Source: an uncultured delta proteobacterium
GTDB taxonomy: Bacteria > Desulfobacterota > Binatia > UBA9968
Direction: 5' to 3'
Assembly (NCBI GenBank): GCA_963816145.1
Contig: CAWFJP010000001.1
Location: 1 to 64,000 of the forward strand
Length of the DNA stretch: 64,000 nucleotides
Shown: one piece after another, positions 62,196-64,000 of the stretch
How the letters are laid out: each line of letters begins with the position of its first letter
How positions within the stretch are numbered: the stretch's first letter is position 1
Notes under the pieces: model-generated
Told to the model about the DNA's origin: nothing
The model's database searches: none
What the model saw: the letters and a program-made list of their open reading frames with translations, nothing else
Position numbers and translations under genes: made by a program

Positions 62196-63309
62196 AGAGT
62201 TCTTTGATCACTGCCTCCTCTTGGCCAGATCTGACAGCGTCCTTTTCATAGTAGCTGATCCAGTATTTGACGCCGGGTTTGAACCGCAGATAGGGCGGGA
62301 TATGATCCAAGGAAACATCGACCCGGCGTGATTGCAGATCCAAAGCTTTGCTCCACGTCGTCTGGCCGTCGCGACTGAGAAACCAATTGATAAACGCCAC
62401 CGCTGCATTGGGCCGCGGCGCGCGATTCAGCAGCGCGATGCAGCCCGACCCGGTGCCGATGTGGGTACCGAAGTCTTTGAATTCCGGCAATATGCCGAAC
62501 TTGAGACCGCGCCGCGCCAGCTGATACAGCATGCTGCTGTTGGGCGCGAGTAGCCAGGCGTACTTGCCCTGCGCTACCCACTCGATTTGGCGGCGCTGAT
62601 CCCGGTCCACCGCCCCCGCTTGGGCGCGCATTCTGCGCATAAAATCTGTCGCTCGATCGCTACCGAGAGTTCGCCACAACCATCGAAACATACTCGCGCT
62701 CGCTCCCGCAGGTAGCGGATCGTTGAGAACGATTTTGCCCTTCCACTTAGGATCGAGAAGCTTGTAAAGCTCGTCGATTTCTCTGACATTCGCCTGCTTC
62801 GGATCGTAAATCACCGGCGGGTTGGGCTGGCTGGTAAACACCAACGTATAACGCGTCGAGGAATTGGTGAACTCATGCCGGCCATCGCGCCAATATTTAG
62901 CATCCTTGACCTCCGGCAGGATCAGCGCCGAATCGATCCGCTCCAAAGCCCCCATGCCACCCAGGTCCATCATCGTCACCGCGCCGCCGATAAATACATC
63001 CACGCTGTACACTCCGCCGTCGCGTTCGGCTTTGATTCTCGTCTCCTGCTCGACCGCCCGTCCACCCGCGTATTCGAGCGTGATCTCAGGAAACGATTTT
63101 TTGAATGAATCCCGCAAGGCGTTACGGAGGGTTTCGCCCGCCGGACCAAAGACCACCACCTTGCCTTCCGCTTGGGCTGCCCTAACGGTCGTCTGCCAGG
63201 ATTGCTTCGGCGCGGTCTGAGATTGAGCGAACGCCAACGAAGGACTAACGCAATACGCAAACGCGCAGGCGAGAATAATCCCGATAAGACCATTGCAGAT
63301 AGCGCGCAT
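62185..63309 (-). CDS. ABC transporter substrate-binding protein
   Basis: Signal peptide, AQAEGKVVV, LLDPKWKGKI, APRPNAA..FINWFLS.DGQ. Confidence 0.9.
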   Translation of the reverse strand: MRAICNGLIGIILACAFAYCVSPSLAFAQSQTAPKQSWQTTVRAAQAEGKVVVFGPAGETLRNALRDSFKKSFPEITLEYAGGRAVEQETRIKAERDGGVYSVDVFIGGAVTMMDLGGMGALERIDSALILPEVKDAKYWRDGRHEFTNSSTRYTLVFTSQPNPPVIYDPKQANVREIDELYKLLDPKWKGKIVLNDPLPAGASASMFRWLWRTLGSDRATDFMRRMRAQAGAVDRDQRRQIEWVAQGKYAWLLAPNSSMLYQLARRGLKFGILPEFKDFGTHIGTGSGCIALLNRAPRPNAAVAFINWFLSRDGQTTWSKALDLQSRRVDVSLDHIPPYLRFKPGVKYWISYYEKDAVRSGQEEAVIKELFGR

Positions 63310-63411
63310 ATCGAATTTTCGTTGTTGGACCGTGTATGGCGCCTGCCACAGCCCGGACAGCGGACAATCCCGGCTCAGGTTTGCCCGCCAGCCAGGGCGG
63401 CGCGTTTAATC

Positions 63412-64000
63412 TCAGCTTTTGCCGCCGGTTTCTTCATACTCGGCATCGACGACATTTTCTTTCGGCCCGCCGCCCTCTGTGGGCTTTTCCGATGCTTGGC
63501 CTTGTGCGGTCTGCCGATAGATCGCCTCCGCCAGCTTGTGCGAAGCTTTGGTCAGCTCCTCCATCTTGGTTTTAATCCGCTCGATCTGTTTGTCTTTGAC
63601 CGCCTGCTTCAAGTCGTTGATCGCGCCTTCAATCGCGCCGCGCTCCTGCTGGCTGATTTTATCACCGTAATCGCCAAGCGATTTCTCGGTGCTGTAAATC
63701 AGCGTATCGGCGCGATTGATCGCCTCGACTTCTTCCTTCTTCTTGGCATCCTGGGCGGCAAATTTCTCCGCCTCGCGCACCATGCGGTCGATATCGTCCT
63801 TGCCGAGTTTTTTCGGCGCGGTGATTTGGATCGATTGTGCTTTTCCCGTGCCCAGATCTTTGGCTGAGACATGGACAATGCCGTTGGCGTCAATGTCGAA
63901 GGAAACCTCGATTTGCGGCAGGCCGCGCGGCGCCAGCGGGATGCCGAGCAGATCGAACCGGCCCAATTCGACATTGTCGCTCGCCATCGACCGCTCGCCT
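63412..64000 (-). CDS. dnaK: DnaK/Hsp70, 3' part (continues beyond window)
   Basis: LGRFDL.GIP.APRGLPQIEVSFDIDANGIVHVSAKD; terminal VVDAEYEE. Confidence 0.96.
   Translation of the reverse strand, partial: GERSMASDNVELGRFDLLGIPLAPRGLPQIEVSFDIDANGIVHVSAKDLGTGKAQSIQITAPKKLGKDDIDRMVREAEKFAAQDAKKKEEVEAINRADTLIYSTEKSLGDYGDKISQQERGAIEGAINDLKQAVKDKQIERIKTKMEELTKASHKLAEAIYRQTAQGQASEKPTEGGGPKENVVDAEYEETGGKS

Overview
GC-rich bacterial chromosomal window with no rRNA, tRNA or CRISPR array; gene content and repeat style resemble a deltaproteobacteria-like genome (lineage is inference only). Left end (0.2-6.3 kb): a same-strand run of Fic, ORF6N, antitoxin-like and nucleotidyltransferase genes separated by copies of a composite GTTCCA/hairpin repeat. 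The bulk (6.6-60 kb) is a stress, energy and envelope region. It holds hsp20 plus four tandem two-domain USP genes; a 2-oxoacid:ferredoxin oxidoreductase plus amino-acid dehydrogenase operon; a malic enzyme-acs-pdhABC-ACP-MgtE operon; DUF2267-dnaJ-mlaEFD-pqiC; tamAB plus an M23 peptidase; mlaC; glgP; a diheme cytochrome c; a ZIP transporter; and a flavin reductase-M20 peptidase-GNAT/cNMP operon. An Fe(III)-type ABC pair and the dnaK 3' end close the window. Strongest signal, read by eye: about 11 sigma-54 (-24/-12) promoters. Many carry a shared upstream palindrome TYKCA-N4-TGMRA, often in 31-bp-phased pairs about 79 and 110 bp upstream, implying one regulon whose activator is not in the window. 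The regulon includes two dispersed paralogues of an unrecognised 67-68 aa Trp-rich small protein with a clear synonymous-substitution signature. Several single-base frameshifts may be assembly errors.
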